IMG/VR virus record: IMGVR_UViG_3300006056_000034
Coordinates: 4,078-68,077 of that record
Reading direction: 5' to 3' (one strand)
From: a virus
Length of the DNA stretch: 64,000 nucleotides
The notes under the pieces are model-generated. The model did not search any database, was not told the DNA's origin, and saw only the letters and a list, made by a program, of their open reading frames with translations. Positions 38,801-47,355 of this stretch are shown in pieces. The translations under genes and the position numbers were made by a program. Each line of letters begins with the position of its first letter. The stretch's first letter is position 1.

Positions 38801-40614
38801 TCTGTTATGGTTCCTCCGGTATATACTTTGCCTATTGATGACTCTTTAAAGTTAGAATCGTACCCAATCACTGTATCGCTAGACAGCTCGATATCCCTAA
38901 GCATTTGTCTTCTGGTGATAGGGTCTTGTTCCTGTATGGCGTCTGCTAGTGCGCTATTTGTTAGGTTGTATGTACCATTATTGTTCTGAGCTATCTCTAA
39001 TGTTACATACTGCGACTCTGCTAGCTTGCCCTTTGAAGACCTTCTTATTATTCCTGCTCCATCATTAAATGATATTTCTGGACCAAAAATGCTAGATATA
39101 ACGCGTGAAAGGTTTTCATCAACGTCTAATCTTCTTAATACTTTCTCATTGCCCCTGCCTAGTTTTGCTCCTTTTGATTCAATATATCCTCTGCTGGTTA
39201 CTGCATCCGTTGCCCTTTCTGCTGTAGATATGAACGCTGGCTCTCTAGCTAGGTTCTTTTGATCAATGGCAGAGAAGTATCCAACAGAGTTTTGGCTCTG
39301 TCCGGCAAGAGGATTATATCCGTCTTTGGCAAAGTCATTGGACAGCTTAGCAAGCAGGTCTCTCATTTCAGACGTAGCACCATTTTCAGACATCTTATTT
39401 ATCTGCCTGAATGCATATTCAGATCCATCCTTAGTTTCCTCTACTACGTTCTCAAAGAAGATAGCTCCAGAAGAAAGTCTGCGCGCGTGCTCTGTAAATT
39501 TTTCGTCCTGATAGCCTGTAAGTACGGCTAGACCTTTTTGGCCTAGTGGTGAATCTGCGGCACTATACTCCATTAACGGCCTAGTCTTTTTATTCCATTC
39601 CTCTAATGTCTCTATTCTTGATTTATTTTTTATAAACCCAATAGACTCTTCTGGGTCAAACTCTTTTAGTATTAACTTTTCAGAACTATCTGTTCCAAGT
39701 ATTGCCGCTAGACCTTTATCTTTTAAGTTATTGCCCTTTGAATACATTACGCCGAATGGATTAAATGGCTTTGCCGCATAGAATGTATCTCCTATTTTTG
39801 AGAAACGCATGCTGCCATTGTTATGCGCCGTAAGAGGAATACTAAATTTCTTTCCCTCTTCCATTGTTTCAAACATTGAGTTGTTTAAGCTAAACTCTGT
39901 GCCATGAAACTTATCTAGTATAAAGCTACTTTTTCTTGTTGCTACTTCTGTATTGTTTCCAAGCACATCTGTAAAGTGTGTCTTTAGGGCCAATTCTGCA
40001 TCAGCCCTAGACATTGCCGACGTTATGTTTGTTATTACGCTTGATTTTGGTTTTGGATTAATAGCAGACGTTACTGTTTGTATCTCTTCTTTTAATTTTA
40101 AAGATTTAGTTAGTGCGTCAATAATCCTTGGGTCCGCGCCATCACTGGCTATATATCCCATCATATTTGTTATAAATGCAGTGCCACGATGCTGATCCAT
40201 TCCTTGTGGAAGGACAAGATTTCTTCCAGAAAGAATATGCTCTGTATTGGATTTTAATATATCCATTCTTTTTTCATGAGAAGCTATCCTGTATTGAAGT
40301 CTTGCTATTTTTTTACCGTCTGGCTTTTTTGCATTTTGCAGTCTAAATAAAAGTTTTTCTAACTGATCGGATGTTTCAACTATCCTAAGCATTTTATTGG
40401 TAGGTCTTTTTATCTCTGGTACAGATGAAAAGTTTGCAGGATTGTATTTAAGACGCTTACCTGAGCGATACGGCCTTCCTACATCCTTACTATACGACAT
40501 ATAGTAAGCGGCAGTGCCACCTATGGCCATGCCGGCTATACCAGCCAAAGGATGATCTACTGGGTCTTGTGTTATTAGTCCGGCTGTAGCGCCAAGCAAC
40601 AATCTTAATGCCAT
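35812..40614 (-). CDS. Putative single-subunit two-barrel (DPBB) DNA-dependent RNA polymerase, likely virion-associated
   Basis: In order: SFND518GAGII, K630LFGPSSK637AG, SR1166EP and D1213FDYD1217. Hydrophobic segments at both termini; located in the tail morphogenesis block. Confidence 0.7.
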   Translation of the reverse strand: MALRLLLGATAGLITQDPVDHPLAGIAGMAIGGTAAYYMSYSKDVGRPYRSGKRLKYNPANFSSVPEIKRPTNKMLRIVETSDQLEKLLFRLQNAKKPDGKKIARLQYRIASHEKRMDILKSNTEHILSGRNLVLPQGMDQHRGTAFITNMMGYIASDGADPRIIDALTKSLKLKEEIQTVTSAINPKPKSSVITNITSAMSRADAELALKTHFTDVLGNNTEVATRKSSFILDKFHGTEFSLNNSMFETMEEGKKFSIPLTAHNNGSMRFSKIGDTFYAAKPFNPFGVMYSKGNNLKDKGLAAILGTDSSEKLILKEFDPEESIGFIKNKSRIETLEEWNKKTRPLMEYSAADSPLGQKGLAVLTGYQDEKFTEHARRLSSGAIFFENVVEETKDGSEYAFRQINKMSENGATSEMRDLLAKLSNDFAKDGYNPLAGQSQNSVGYFSAIDQKNLAREPAFISTAERATDAVTSRGYIESKGAKLGRGNEKVLRRLDVDENLSRVISSIFGPEISFNDGAGIIRRSSKGKLAESQYVTLEIAQNNNGTYNLTNSALADAIQEQDPITRRQMLRDIELSSDTVIGYDSNFKESSIGKVYTGGTITDVTAGENKLTVHVKADFDTTTQSWLKLFGPSSKAGYADVADKTYDAISIFSSLYKSGTISVDQSTLGISIDRDTQGFLDVQDAIVKKTNAIHLRNQAKGIGIIPVAPTPDQLANLTEKTIRDSIRGNGPSTLFTDEIKTALKIDSDIMLTAADAGSDSLGIKGRDKLKGILTDAGKMSETGIWGDMARTIVNPQSTDLEVTRASTFIHATMDYKGNSDIFMTLADLARKNNDAQSIADLGKLMGGRLFAEDPAMAEGMLMNIIKNNVKDVKDMDVLTTRVVADLGEGLHGIGKSGSMSWIEHSQLVKSGWTDEMIERMSKSNTDAIYEMQMIHSMGDNGVISDEIKAKNSKELSQIFDFEPEARKNSLNGIVTAPGDYINYNLTLPDELVKSNGIKSIAIPFVSTNRAGFLEQTHLEMLKSMDRAKKELLQVDLEYSAAGPGERKLIKEKYKAKLAALESEIVGLTRGEGNIVKAAMKRAVPGSSFELARSVGGEFSDLIDNGVISQSSIIKNRSGVREIVERMGLDVEDLSFEKVGDTDVYRAMVSDTAGNKTPLLSLVSREPSQGSLSSIIAEVYASKIDGMRDGHVGLGHAGDAGKNIFQMGQFTDFDYDTLRVTGINPADTAAAHEMMRAQNEIFENTKLLMNSMASKGSTSNASKQFTRDWSSVADFYGDQSLNAMKGRQRKILAASATDIAMDMTEALHRRVSSDTSLTAEEKMLRSIKGRTVVHNLTETLIKSAHRSVQSMKDNRGISEIETLQDAYRSLLKGDTEQYRAKTSKAMHSLLGSKTMENIDASNATPQQKAQAKADYKLAIDDIIEGNIENHRQIELGGGRVKDARKVNNFGDMLDNLQKIVSSGTMDVEDFADTGTNKIKSVASRARSMYDNASRNIYKNRKPIAIGLAALGISAATLGAEKPEMTKESIPVSNSDHILPALQSENAPVYKKQGYGRAANIGGEYRSGPNDTAAIRRAIFGDKGSPRTNINIRDKRENRY

Positions 40615-43600
40615 TTATGCACCTATATTTATATTTAAGTCTTCTGTCTTGCTAGTATAGAAAGACACCCTGCTTACGTTAATTCCTCTACTGTAGAGTT
40701 CTTGTTTTATGTCCGCCGCCCTATTCTTTTCTCTTTTTATAGAATCTTTTATAGCAGCTATCTGACCTGTAATCTCTTGTTCTTCCTGTACGGCCGTTAG
40801 CCTTTTAAGTCTTTCTTCATCGCCGTCCCAGAATCCAAATTCTCTTACGTCTTCTTTGCCTATAGTTAGAGTTTGTAGTTTGATATCTTTTATATCTATC
40901 CTTGGATCCCATCCAACGAAATCATCTGATGGCATACCAGTAGTTCTACTGATGTATTGCTCGGCCTTAATATCTTCTAGGTATTCAAGGAATGTTGATG
41001 ACTTGTCTCCTGACTTTTGATAATTTTCATATATCTTTCTATTATTAGATATAGCTTCCTGCTCTTCCTCTGTTGTTATCTGACGTATTCTTTCTTCTTG
41101 CTCTTCTGGCGACGAAGATGTGGCCATCGCATCTCTTCTTTCCCATATCTTGCTATATAAAGACGCTATATCTGCCGAAGTAATATTTACTATCTGCTTT
41201 CTTACTTTTTCTTCTGTCTCGCTTGAGAATGCAGCAAAGTATGCTCTCTCATTTGCAGGCATTGCAACGTATGCCCTTGTAACTTCCATATCACTATCTA
41301 GGCCAGTTGTTAGTGCGCCAGTTATTGTAGTCTGATAGTTCTTTTTGTATCTATATGCTTCTGGGTCACCATTTTGTATTGCCTCCTTATATAGCCTTCT
41401 ATTCTTTACATATTCTAGCTTATCAAAGTATGTATTGATTGCTTCTTTTTCTTGCGTCTCTACTGGTCTTATATCTACTGGGCTTATCTTATTTGCAAAT
41501 GGTTTTATGAAATGAGCATATGGCTTTGTCCACATGCCTACATCACTACCCTCTACTTGGGTTGCAATATAGTCCTCTACGGCTGTTCTTTGATGTAGAA
41601 ACTTTGCTGCAGGCCTAAAGAATGTTAATGACTCTGTCGGTGATTCTGCTAATCTTGTTGCCCCTGCCCATAGCTCTGCCATGAACTTGTTGCCAATGCC
41701 TGCTCTGCTAAGATCTTTTTCACTAAGGTCTTCCGCGAACTTCTTGTGTACTGATTTCTCTAGCTCTTGATTCTTTACAGTGCGATATATTTTTTGCTCA
41801 TAGTCAGTTAATACTCCGGCTTCTTCCCTCCTCTCCATCTCGTCTTTGTAGGCATAATACTCATTACTGCCCATTGCTACGTCTGATAATATTTTATACT
41901 TAAATATATCTGGATAGTCATTTGGATCTAGCCCTTTAAGCTCTGGGAACAGCTCTGCATAACCTTCACCCGGAAGCCTATAATAGCCTCTTTCTATACT
42001 GGCGTAAGGATCTCCTATACTGAAGTCTCTCCAGTAATTGTCAGGATCATGAGGTAACCATTCAGGCATAAGGTTGCGCAATGGATTTATATTTGCCTCA
42101 ACTGACCCAGCGTTAGTAGGAATGAACCTTCTTAATGATTCGCCAACTGGACCCATACCACCTAAATTTCTTTCTAGTATTTCTCTTGCTACGTTAGACG
42201 ACTCGCCAGACTTAGCAAGCTGTTTACCTACATCTTCTAGTCCTGTGTGAGTGCCTTCATTTAATAATGATATTACCCATCCTTTTAGACCAGCGAAGTC
42301 AGTTAATGCTTTATATGCCGAACTAGCGCCTTCTTCTAGGCTATTTAGCTTTGCTGCTTCTGGAGCCAGCATCATTCCGTCATTTACTAAAGACTCTTCC
42401 TTTTGGGAAACCTTAGTCTTTAATTCTACGCCTCTGCTGCTATGTAGTGAGCCTCCTGTTATATAGTCGTCAAGTCTATCGTTGACTATATTCGGTTTTA
42501 TTAGCGCGCCTATAGTCATTTCGTATAACTTGCCTAATGCGCCACCTTGAGAGACTGACATTCCCCATACTGGGTATGGTGTTTTGTCTTGGTTTAATTC
42601 CTCGTATTGATATGGGTTTCTAATATAGTCGAACGGATTAAGATAAGGATTAAGCTTATCTTTTGTTTCAATATCGCCGTACCTACCTATGTCTTCGGCA
42701 TTATCCATCAACTGGTTATACCATGACCTAGTGTAGTATTTTATCTTTCCGCCACCGTATTCAGTGCCGCCAGATGTCCAGAATCTAGTAGAGCGAATAG
42801 CTACTTCTTCTTCGCCAGAATATTGTGCCTTAAGCTTCTCTGATGACTCACCTATTATAGCTCCAGGCAAGAATGGAAGAGCTGGTATTGCGGCTATTAT
42901 TGCTCCTATAGCTGCAAACTTCTTTGTCTTATTCATCATAGGAGCATCGGCGCCACTTCTGCCGAGCACTTTGTTTACTAGTCCAGACTGTGATTCTCTA
43001 GAGAATATCCTCTCAGAGCCAGCAAAGCCTTCTCTGGCTACATCTTTTACCCTAGTTGAATATCCTATTGTTGCGCCCAACATTGCGCCAGCCAGAGGGA
43101 AGCCTGATAAGGCTATTAGGCTTGTTGAGCCTGGAGCGTAATATTCCTGTCTTTCTTTATATCCTTGAAAGTTATCTGACCACTTTTCAGCAATACCTAT
43201 CCTTGTATCTACATACGCCGTAGCTAATCCTGCTGCTATCCCCTTATCATAAGGAGAATCTTCTCCTGCTATAGATCTTACTATCGCATCAAGTGCAGTA
43301 TAGGCTATCGTTCCTTTTGCTGTTATCTTTGCTGTATTCTTTGCACTTATATAGAATGATCTAGGTACAGACTTAGTATAGTCTCCAGCAGTACCGGCAT
43401 TTAGCGCCAGTTTGTCTCTTAGTCCTGTAAACAAGTTGTATCTTTCTGGAAGACCTGTCTTGTCAACTAATTCGGCAAGAAAATCTGCTGGCTTATCGAA
43501 CACCTTAAAGCCTGGCTCTACAGCAAGTCTACCATATGCTCTTGTCCATTTTTGTGCGATATCTAGATTAGACTTTCCGGCTATAATGCCTATGCCGCCA

Positions 43601-44301
43601 CTATCTGAAAATGCAGCATTAAAGAACTTGCTTCTCTCTTCTACGCCTAATACGTTTCTAAACTTTTCATATACACGATTAAGAAAAGGGGAGCTCTTCT
43701 CTCCAGATCCTCTGGCTATGTCAGGCGCAAGATCAACTATTCTTGCATGAGACAATATCTCTGTTGATTGGTCTGCGCTATATAGTTTTCCAGACTTATA
43801 TATTGCACCACTTCTAAATAGCTCATTAACGACGTCAGGAGCGACGCTAGGAGAGTTTACGGATATAAGGCGCCTTATGTATTCCTCGTCAAGGAATAGC
43901 TGCGTAGCGGTGACGGTTACAGCCTTTGTTTCCTTTGCCATGACAGCGGGAGATAGAAAACTTGACGCATGAAAAGTTCTTAGTACTTTAAATGGAGATA
44001 TCTCCTCCATCCCCTTGACGAAGCCTAACGTTAGGTCGCCAAGTGTAACTTTTGGATTAAGAGGAAGCTCGCGCCAGTTGTACTGATTGAATTGAATATA
44101 GTCTTTTAATATATCTAGCTTAAAAAGCTTGCTAGCCGCTGTCTGCACTTGTTGTGCTTCAAGCAAGTAATAAGCGGCAGTTATGCCAGCCCCTGCTGCG
44201 CCTATTTTTAGAATGGCATCATTTCGATCTTCTATTCTTTTTTTCTCGAATTCACCATATGTGTATTTCGAGCTATTTATATAAGATTCGTTATTTGCCA
44301 T
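40615..44301 (-). CDS. Large tape-measure-position / putative ejection protein with several hydrophobic segments
   Basis: First large gene after the tail assembly chaperones. Gly/Ala-rich hydrophobic stretches (IGAAGAGITAAYYLL; LSGFPLAGAMLGATIG; FAAIGAIIAAIPALPFLPGAIIG) and a helical, charged C-terminus. Confidence 0.5.
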   Translation of the reverse strand: MANNESYINSSKYTYGEFEKKRIEDRNDAILKIGAAGAGITAAYYLLEAQQVQTAASKLFKLDILKDYIQFNQYNWRELPLNPKVTLGDLTLGFVKGMEEISPFKVLRTFHASSFLSPAVMAKETKAVTVTATQLFLDEEYIRRLISVNSPSVAPDVVNELFRSGAIYKSGKLYSADQSTEILSHARIVDLAPDIARGSGEKSSPFLNRVYEKFRNVLGVEERSKFFNAAFSDSGGIGIIAGKSNLDIAQKWTRAYGRLAVEPGFKVFDKPADFLAELVDKTGLPERYNLFTGLRDKLALNAGTAGDYTKSVPRSFYISAKNTAKITAKGTIAYTALDAIVRSIAGEDSPYDKGIAAGLATAYVDTRIGIAEKWSDNFQGYKERQEYYAPGSTSLIALSGFPLAGAMLGATIGYSTRVKDVAREGFAGSERIFSRESQSGLVNKVLGRSGADAPMMNKTKKFAAIGAIIAAIPALPFLPGAIIGESSEKLKAQYSGEEEVAIRSTRFWTSGGTEYGGGKIKYYTRSWYNQLMDNAEDIGRYGDIETKDKLNPYLNPFDYIRNPYQYEELNQDKTPYPVWGMSVSQGGALGKLYEMTIGALIKPNIVNDRLDDYITGGSLHSSRGVELKTKVSQKEESLVNDGMMLAPEAAKLNSLEEGASSAYKALTDFAGLKGWVISLLNEGTHTGLEDVGKQLAKSGESSNVAREILERNLGGMGPVGESLRRFIPTNAGSVEANINPLRNLMPEWLPHDPDNYWRDFSIGDPYASIERGYYRLPGEGYAELFPELKGLDPNDYPDIFKYKILSDVAMGSNEYYAYKDEMERREEAGVLTDYEQKIYRTVKNQELEKSVHKKFAEDLSEKDLSRAGIGNKFMAELWAGATRLAESPTESLTFFRPAAKFLHQRTAVEDYIATQVEGSDVGMWTKPYAHFIKPFANKISPVDIRPVETQEKEAINTYFDKLEYVKNRRLYKEAIQNGDPEAYRYKKNYQTTITGALTTGLDSDMEVTRAYVAMPANERAYFAAFSSETEEKVRKQIVNITSADIASLYSKIWERRDAMATSSSPEEQEERIRQITTEEEQEAISNNRKIYENYQKSGDKSSTFLEYLEDIKAEQYISRTTGMPSDDFVGWDPRIDIKDIKLQTLTIGKEDVREFGFWDGDEERLKRLTAVQEEQEITGQIAAIKDSIKREKNRAADIKQELYSRGINVSRVSFYTSKTEDLNINIGA

Positions 44302-44304
44302 GTT

Positions 44305-44814
44305 TTATTCCTGAATTTCTATTGGAGGGACCTCTGTCGCAAATGCCTGTAGGCAGATTGCATATCTTCTATACACTTCATTTATTGGAAGCTTCTGTAC
44401 TTCGGAAAATGGTGTGCTCATATATCTTGATACGAAAGCCATCATACTATCAACTAGTCCTATTGAAGCAGACTCTTCTGCTACTGCCCCAACAGGATCA
44501 TTTATATATGAGGTGCTTTTAGCTACTATAACTTCTGCTATAGTTGAAGGTATGCCGGCCTCTATGCCTTCCCAATCTACAGTGTCAGTGATGCCAAGAA
44601 ATTCTATAAACGTATTATCTAATATATCGCGCTCTATTATTTCTGCGGCTTTATCGTCATCTATATTAAATCTTAATACTCTATCTAGCTCTTGCGGACT
44701 AAGTAGTCTTGCTATTACGACTGGATCTTTATAGATGTTATTATTTATAGTTACATATTGGCCTTCTAGGGATATGGCAACGCCGCCATGCATTGCCGAT
44801 AGAACATTATTCAT
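44305..44814 (-). CDS. Putative tail assembly chaperone (second)
   Basis: Position after the tube genes; ARLLSPQEL...EAGIPSTIAEVI parallels WRTLNRTEY...DAGIVPTLAKQI of the upstream gene. Confidence 0.5.
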   Translation of the reverse strand: MNNVLSAMHGGVAISLEGQYVTINNNIYKDPVVIARLLSPQELDRVLRFNIDDDKAAEIIERDILDNTFIEFLGITDTVDWEGIEAGIPSTIAEVIVAKSTSYINDPVGAVAEESASIGLVDSMMAFVSRYMSTPFSEVQKLPINEVYRRYAICLQAFATEVPPIEIQE

Positions 44815-45260
44815 ATTACCTTAATCATAGCTAATGCCATTTGTTCAGATACGAATCCTGACTTGTGAAGAATTTGTTTTGCTAAAGTAGGCACAATACC
44901 TGCATCAGATGTCTGCATTGCATCGGCAGTTATCTTTGGCCAAAGCATACATCTTTTTACTAGAGCCTCTTCGTATGTCATTGGGTTCTTGATTACGCCA
45001 GTGTTTACCATCTGCTTATATTCAGTCCTATTTAGAGTTCTCCATACAAAGATACTGTCATCGCCAACTACCGATGAAGCAAAAAACTTACCGTATGTTT
45101 CTCTCCATGACTCTAGTGTTATTTCGTCTGGCGCATTTTCAAATGTTGCAAGTACAGATAATAGGCTAGCCATATTCTCATCTTGCTCAGAGATTGTTAT
45201 TGTTTCTTGGTTTACGCTTTCAACGTCTTGATTTTCTTCATTGCTCATATTTAGTTCCAT
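44811..45260 (-). CDS. Putative tail assembly chaperone
   Basis: Acidic 149-aa protein, WRETYG...FVWRTLNRTEYK...CMLWP...AGIVPTLAKQILHKSGF; lies between tube genes and the large tail genes. Confidence 0.6.
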   Translation of the reverse strand: MELNMSNEENQDVESVNQETITISEQDENMASLLSVLATFENAPDEITLESWRETYGKFFASSVVGDDSIFVWRTLNRTEYKQMVNTGVIKNPMTYEEALVKRCMLWPKITADAMQTSDAGIVPTLAKQILHKSGFVSEQMALAMIKVI

Positions 45261-45862
45261 TACTTAGATTGTTCGTTTATTTCTTTCGCTATAAATGAGT
45301 ATCTTCTTACTATTTGAGAATCGTCATTTACTGATGTGCCAACGCTAGATTTTGTTATCTTGCAATTGGATATTTTTATTGTTGATGCAAATCCATCCAC
45401 CTTCATCTGATTAGAGTTGTCTATGTCTATTATTATGTCCCAGCCAGATGGCAAACTGAGTATTCCGTCTGTTTCAGCATACTTAGAACCATAGTCTCTT
45501 ACGAGCTTCAGGTTAAGCATGTCCTCTATTGACATCTTCGATAGGTCTTCTTCTGTTACGTTGTCTATGTTCCCTGTTTGACTGTTTAGTGCAGCTGCTA
45601 GGTCTTTATTTTCCATTAACTGTTGTATTGTATATGTTAGGTAGGTTGAGTGTGAAAAGTTTATATCTATAAAGCCAGTAGCTAAGTAGTTGCCCTGAGT
45701 AACAAAACCAAACGTATTTGCTCCTATGCCGTATATCGGATAAGAAGTAAGTTCCTCTTGGACCATTACGCCATTAATTCTATCTAAGAATATCCTGCCG
45801 TTGTTTGACTCTAGGTAAACATAGCAGTCTGCGGATGAGTAGTATTGGTTATATAATGACAT
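45260..45862 (-). CDS. Tail tube-fold paralog (tube initiator-like)
   Basis: YYSSADCYVY...PIYGIG...TQGNYLATGFIDI...YSFIAK shares its pattern with the tube protein. Confidence 0.6.
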   Translation of the reverse strand: MSLYNQYYSSADCYVYLESNNGRIFLDRINGVMVQEELTSYPIYGIGANTFGFVTQGNYLATGFIDINFSHSTYLTYTIQQLMENKDLAAALNSQTGNIDNVTEEDLSKMSIEDMLNLKLVRDYGSKYAETDGILSLPSGWDIIIDIDNSNQMKVDGFASTIKISNCKITKSSVGTSVNDDSQIVRRYSFIAKEINEQSK

Positions 45863-46575
45863 TATGCAGCATTCCCTTTTCTTGCCATAAGTAATGATGT
45901 TGCAGAATTAACAATCCTATTGTTGGCTATTCCAGATACGCCATTCTCTGTGCTATCTAAAGGTTTTACGCTTCTAGCTATATATGACATTGTTGATTCA
46001 GTAATGATATCGTTAACAGACATGACTTGTCCATTGTTTATGAAGTTTGCGCCATATATAACCTCATGCTTAATCTTTCCAGTGTACTCAGATGCGAATA
46101 TAACATTTATGTCACAGGTTATTAAATCATCTTTCATTATGTCATGAACCTCTTTTGAGGTGGTTGGCAATATTGAATCTTCTAGCTGCTTATTCATTAA
46201 GTTGTTTTTTATAATGCCAAGAAATGCAGCAAACTCATCTGTTGATGATATAGACTTTATTAGTGTTCCTGCAACATATTTATTACCTATGGCAAATCCA
46301 TCAATAGTGTTTGTGCCGCAATTAAATACAGATTGCTTAGATCTATATACTGAATAGCTTAGTGTTATCACAGACCCCATATATATAGGTACAGATATTA
46401 TTCTGTCATTAGAATCTAATAAATGAAAATCTACGTATACATGCGTTGATGATCCGCCATAAGAACCATATTCTATAACAGAATTTGGCCCCTTAATATT
46501 TGTAGACTGTTTTATTATTGAATTATTACTAGCGGATACCGATGCTTCATTTGTGTTTCCACTTATTAGTGCCAT
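45862..46575 (-). CDS. Tail tube-fold paralog (tube initiator-like)
   Basis: SYGGSS...LSYSVYRSKQSVFNCG...AIGNKYVAGTLI...MSVNDIITESTMSYIAR parallels the tube protein; GGAGG RBS upstream. Confidence 0.65.
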   Translation of the reverse strand: MALISGNTNEASVSASNNSIIKQSTNIKGPNSVIEYGSYGGSSTHVYVDFHLLDSNDRIISVPIYMGSVITLSYSVYRSKQSVFNCGTNTIDGFAIGNKYVAGTLIKSISSTDEFAAFLGIIKNNLMNKQLEDSILPTTSKEVHDIMKDDLITCDINVIFASEYTGKIKHEVIYGANFINNGQVMSVNDIITESTMSYIARSVKPLDSTENGVSGIANNRIVNSATSLLMARKGNAA

Positions 46576-46588
46576 TTTTTACCTCCAT

Positions 46589-46622
46589 AAAATAAAAATG
46601 CCCAGTTGTTACACTGAGCATT
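46589..46622 (-). terminator. Rho-independent terminator after the tail tube gene
   Basis: Minus strand AATGCTCAGT-GTAACA-ACTGGGCATT (10-bp stem with one G:U pair) followed by TTTATTTT. Confidence 0.7.
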
Positions 46623-46656
46623 GTACTAGCTTTTTATTGTAAAAAACTACATCTAC

Positions 46657-47304
46657 TTAAGCGGAGTATTTACCGACACGTCTCTGTGCAACGTTTGCAA
46701 CAGAAGACCATTTTTCAATACGTCTTGCTATAAACGACACTTGTTTTTCTAGAACCATATCATCAACAGACATTCCGCCAGCTTCAGTCATTAGTTCTAC
46801 GCCTTTTACTATCATTTTTGATACATTGCCATATTCGTTTGCGCCGACAATCGTGATATCAAATGGAAGAATCTGGTCTAGGTGATCTGCTGTTTCTGCC
46901 CTATTGAACTCCAGTTCGCCTTCTAGTCCAAAAGTCTGATCGAACTGTGATCCACCATACTTCTCTGCTAGCTTGGTGCTTTTTCTTGTTATTTCATCTG
47001 CGTTATTTCTTAATGCTAGATCTGACTTGTTAATATAGGGTCTAAATGACTCATCTCTTTCGTTCATAGCGTCGAGTAATGCGTCAGTATCAAACATAAC
47101 AAAAACGCATGCGCCCGTAAGTAATCTTTTGCCACGAGCAATAGTTCTTAGATCTGCAGAGCCCATTGTATATACTGGAGCCTTCTCTCTATCTTGTTTA
47201 TAAGATATCATCTGAATTTCGCCAAATACCTTGTCTCCAAATACCGCATGGATATCTGCACCAGAGTAGCTAGCAAAAGTCTTGATGTTGTTATTATCTG
47301 CCAT
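46657..47304 (-). CDS. Major tail tube protein
   Basis: Directly after the sheath gene with a strong RBS and followed by a terminator; SYSGADI...REKAPVYTMG...ARGKRLLTG...PFDITI...MSVDD...FIAR. Confidence 0.8.
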   Translation of the reverse strand: MADNNNIKTFASYSGADIHAVFGDKVFGEIQMISYKQDREKAPVYTMGSADLRTIARGKRLLTGACVFVMFDTDALLDAMNERDESFRPYINKSDLALRNNADEITRKSTKLAEKYGGSQFDQTFGLEGELEFNRAETADHLDQILPFDITIVGANEYGNVSKMIVKGVELMTEAGGMSVDDMVLEKQVSFIARRIEKWSSVANVAQRRVGKYSA

Positions 47305-47326
47305 TATTTATTTTCCTTTTATAAGT

Positions 47327-47351
47327 AGGGAAGGTGCTGCCTTCCCTTTTT
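47327..47351 (+). terminator. Hairpin between sheath and tube genes; U-tract faces the + (antisense) direction
   Basis: AGGGAAGG-TGCTG-CCTTCCCT followed by TTTT on the + strand. Confidence 0.55.
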
Positions 47352-47355
47352 ATTG

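Noticed and set aside
35812..40614. Calling the 1600-aa protein a plain tape measure protein
   Set aside because: It lacks periodic helical repeats over most of its length and contains ordered two-barrel polymerase motifs in beta-rich context. A dual role cannot be excluded.
44305..45260. Programmed -1 frameshift between the two tail chaperone genes
   Set aside because: No X XXY YYZ slippery heptamer is visible at the end of 44811..45260. The genes are joined by an ordinary ATGA overlap and look like separate paralogs.
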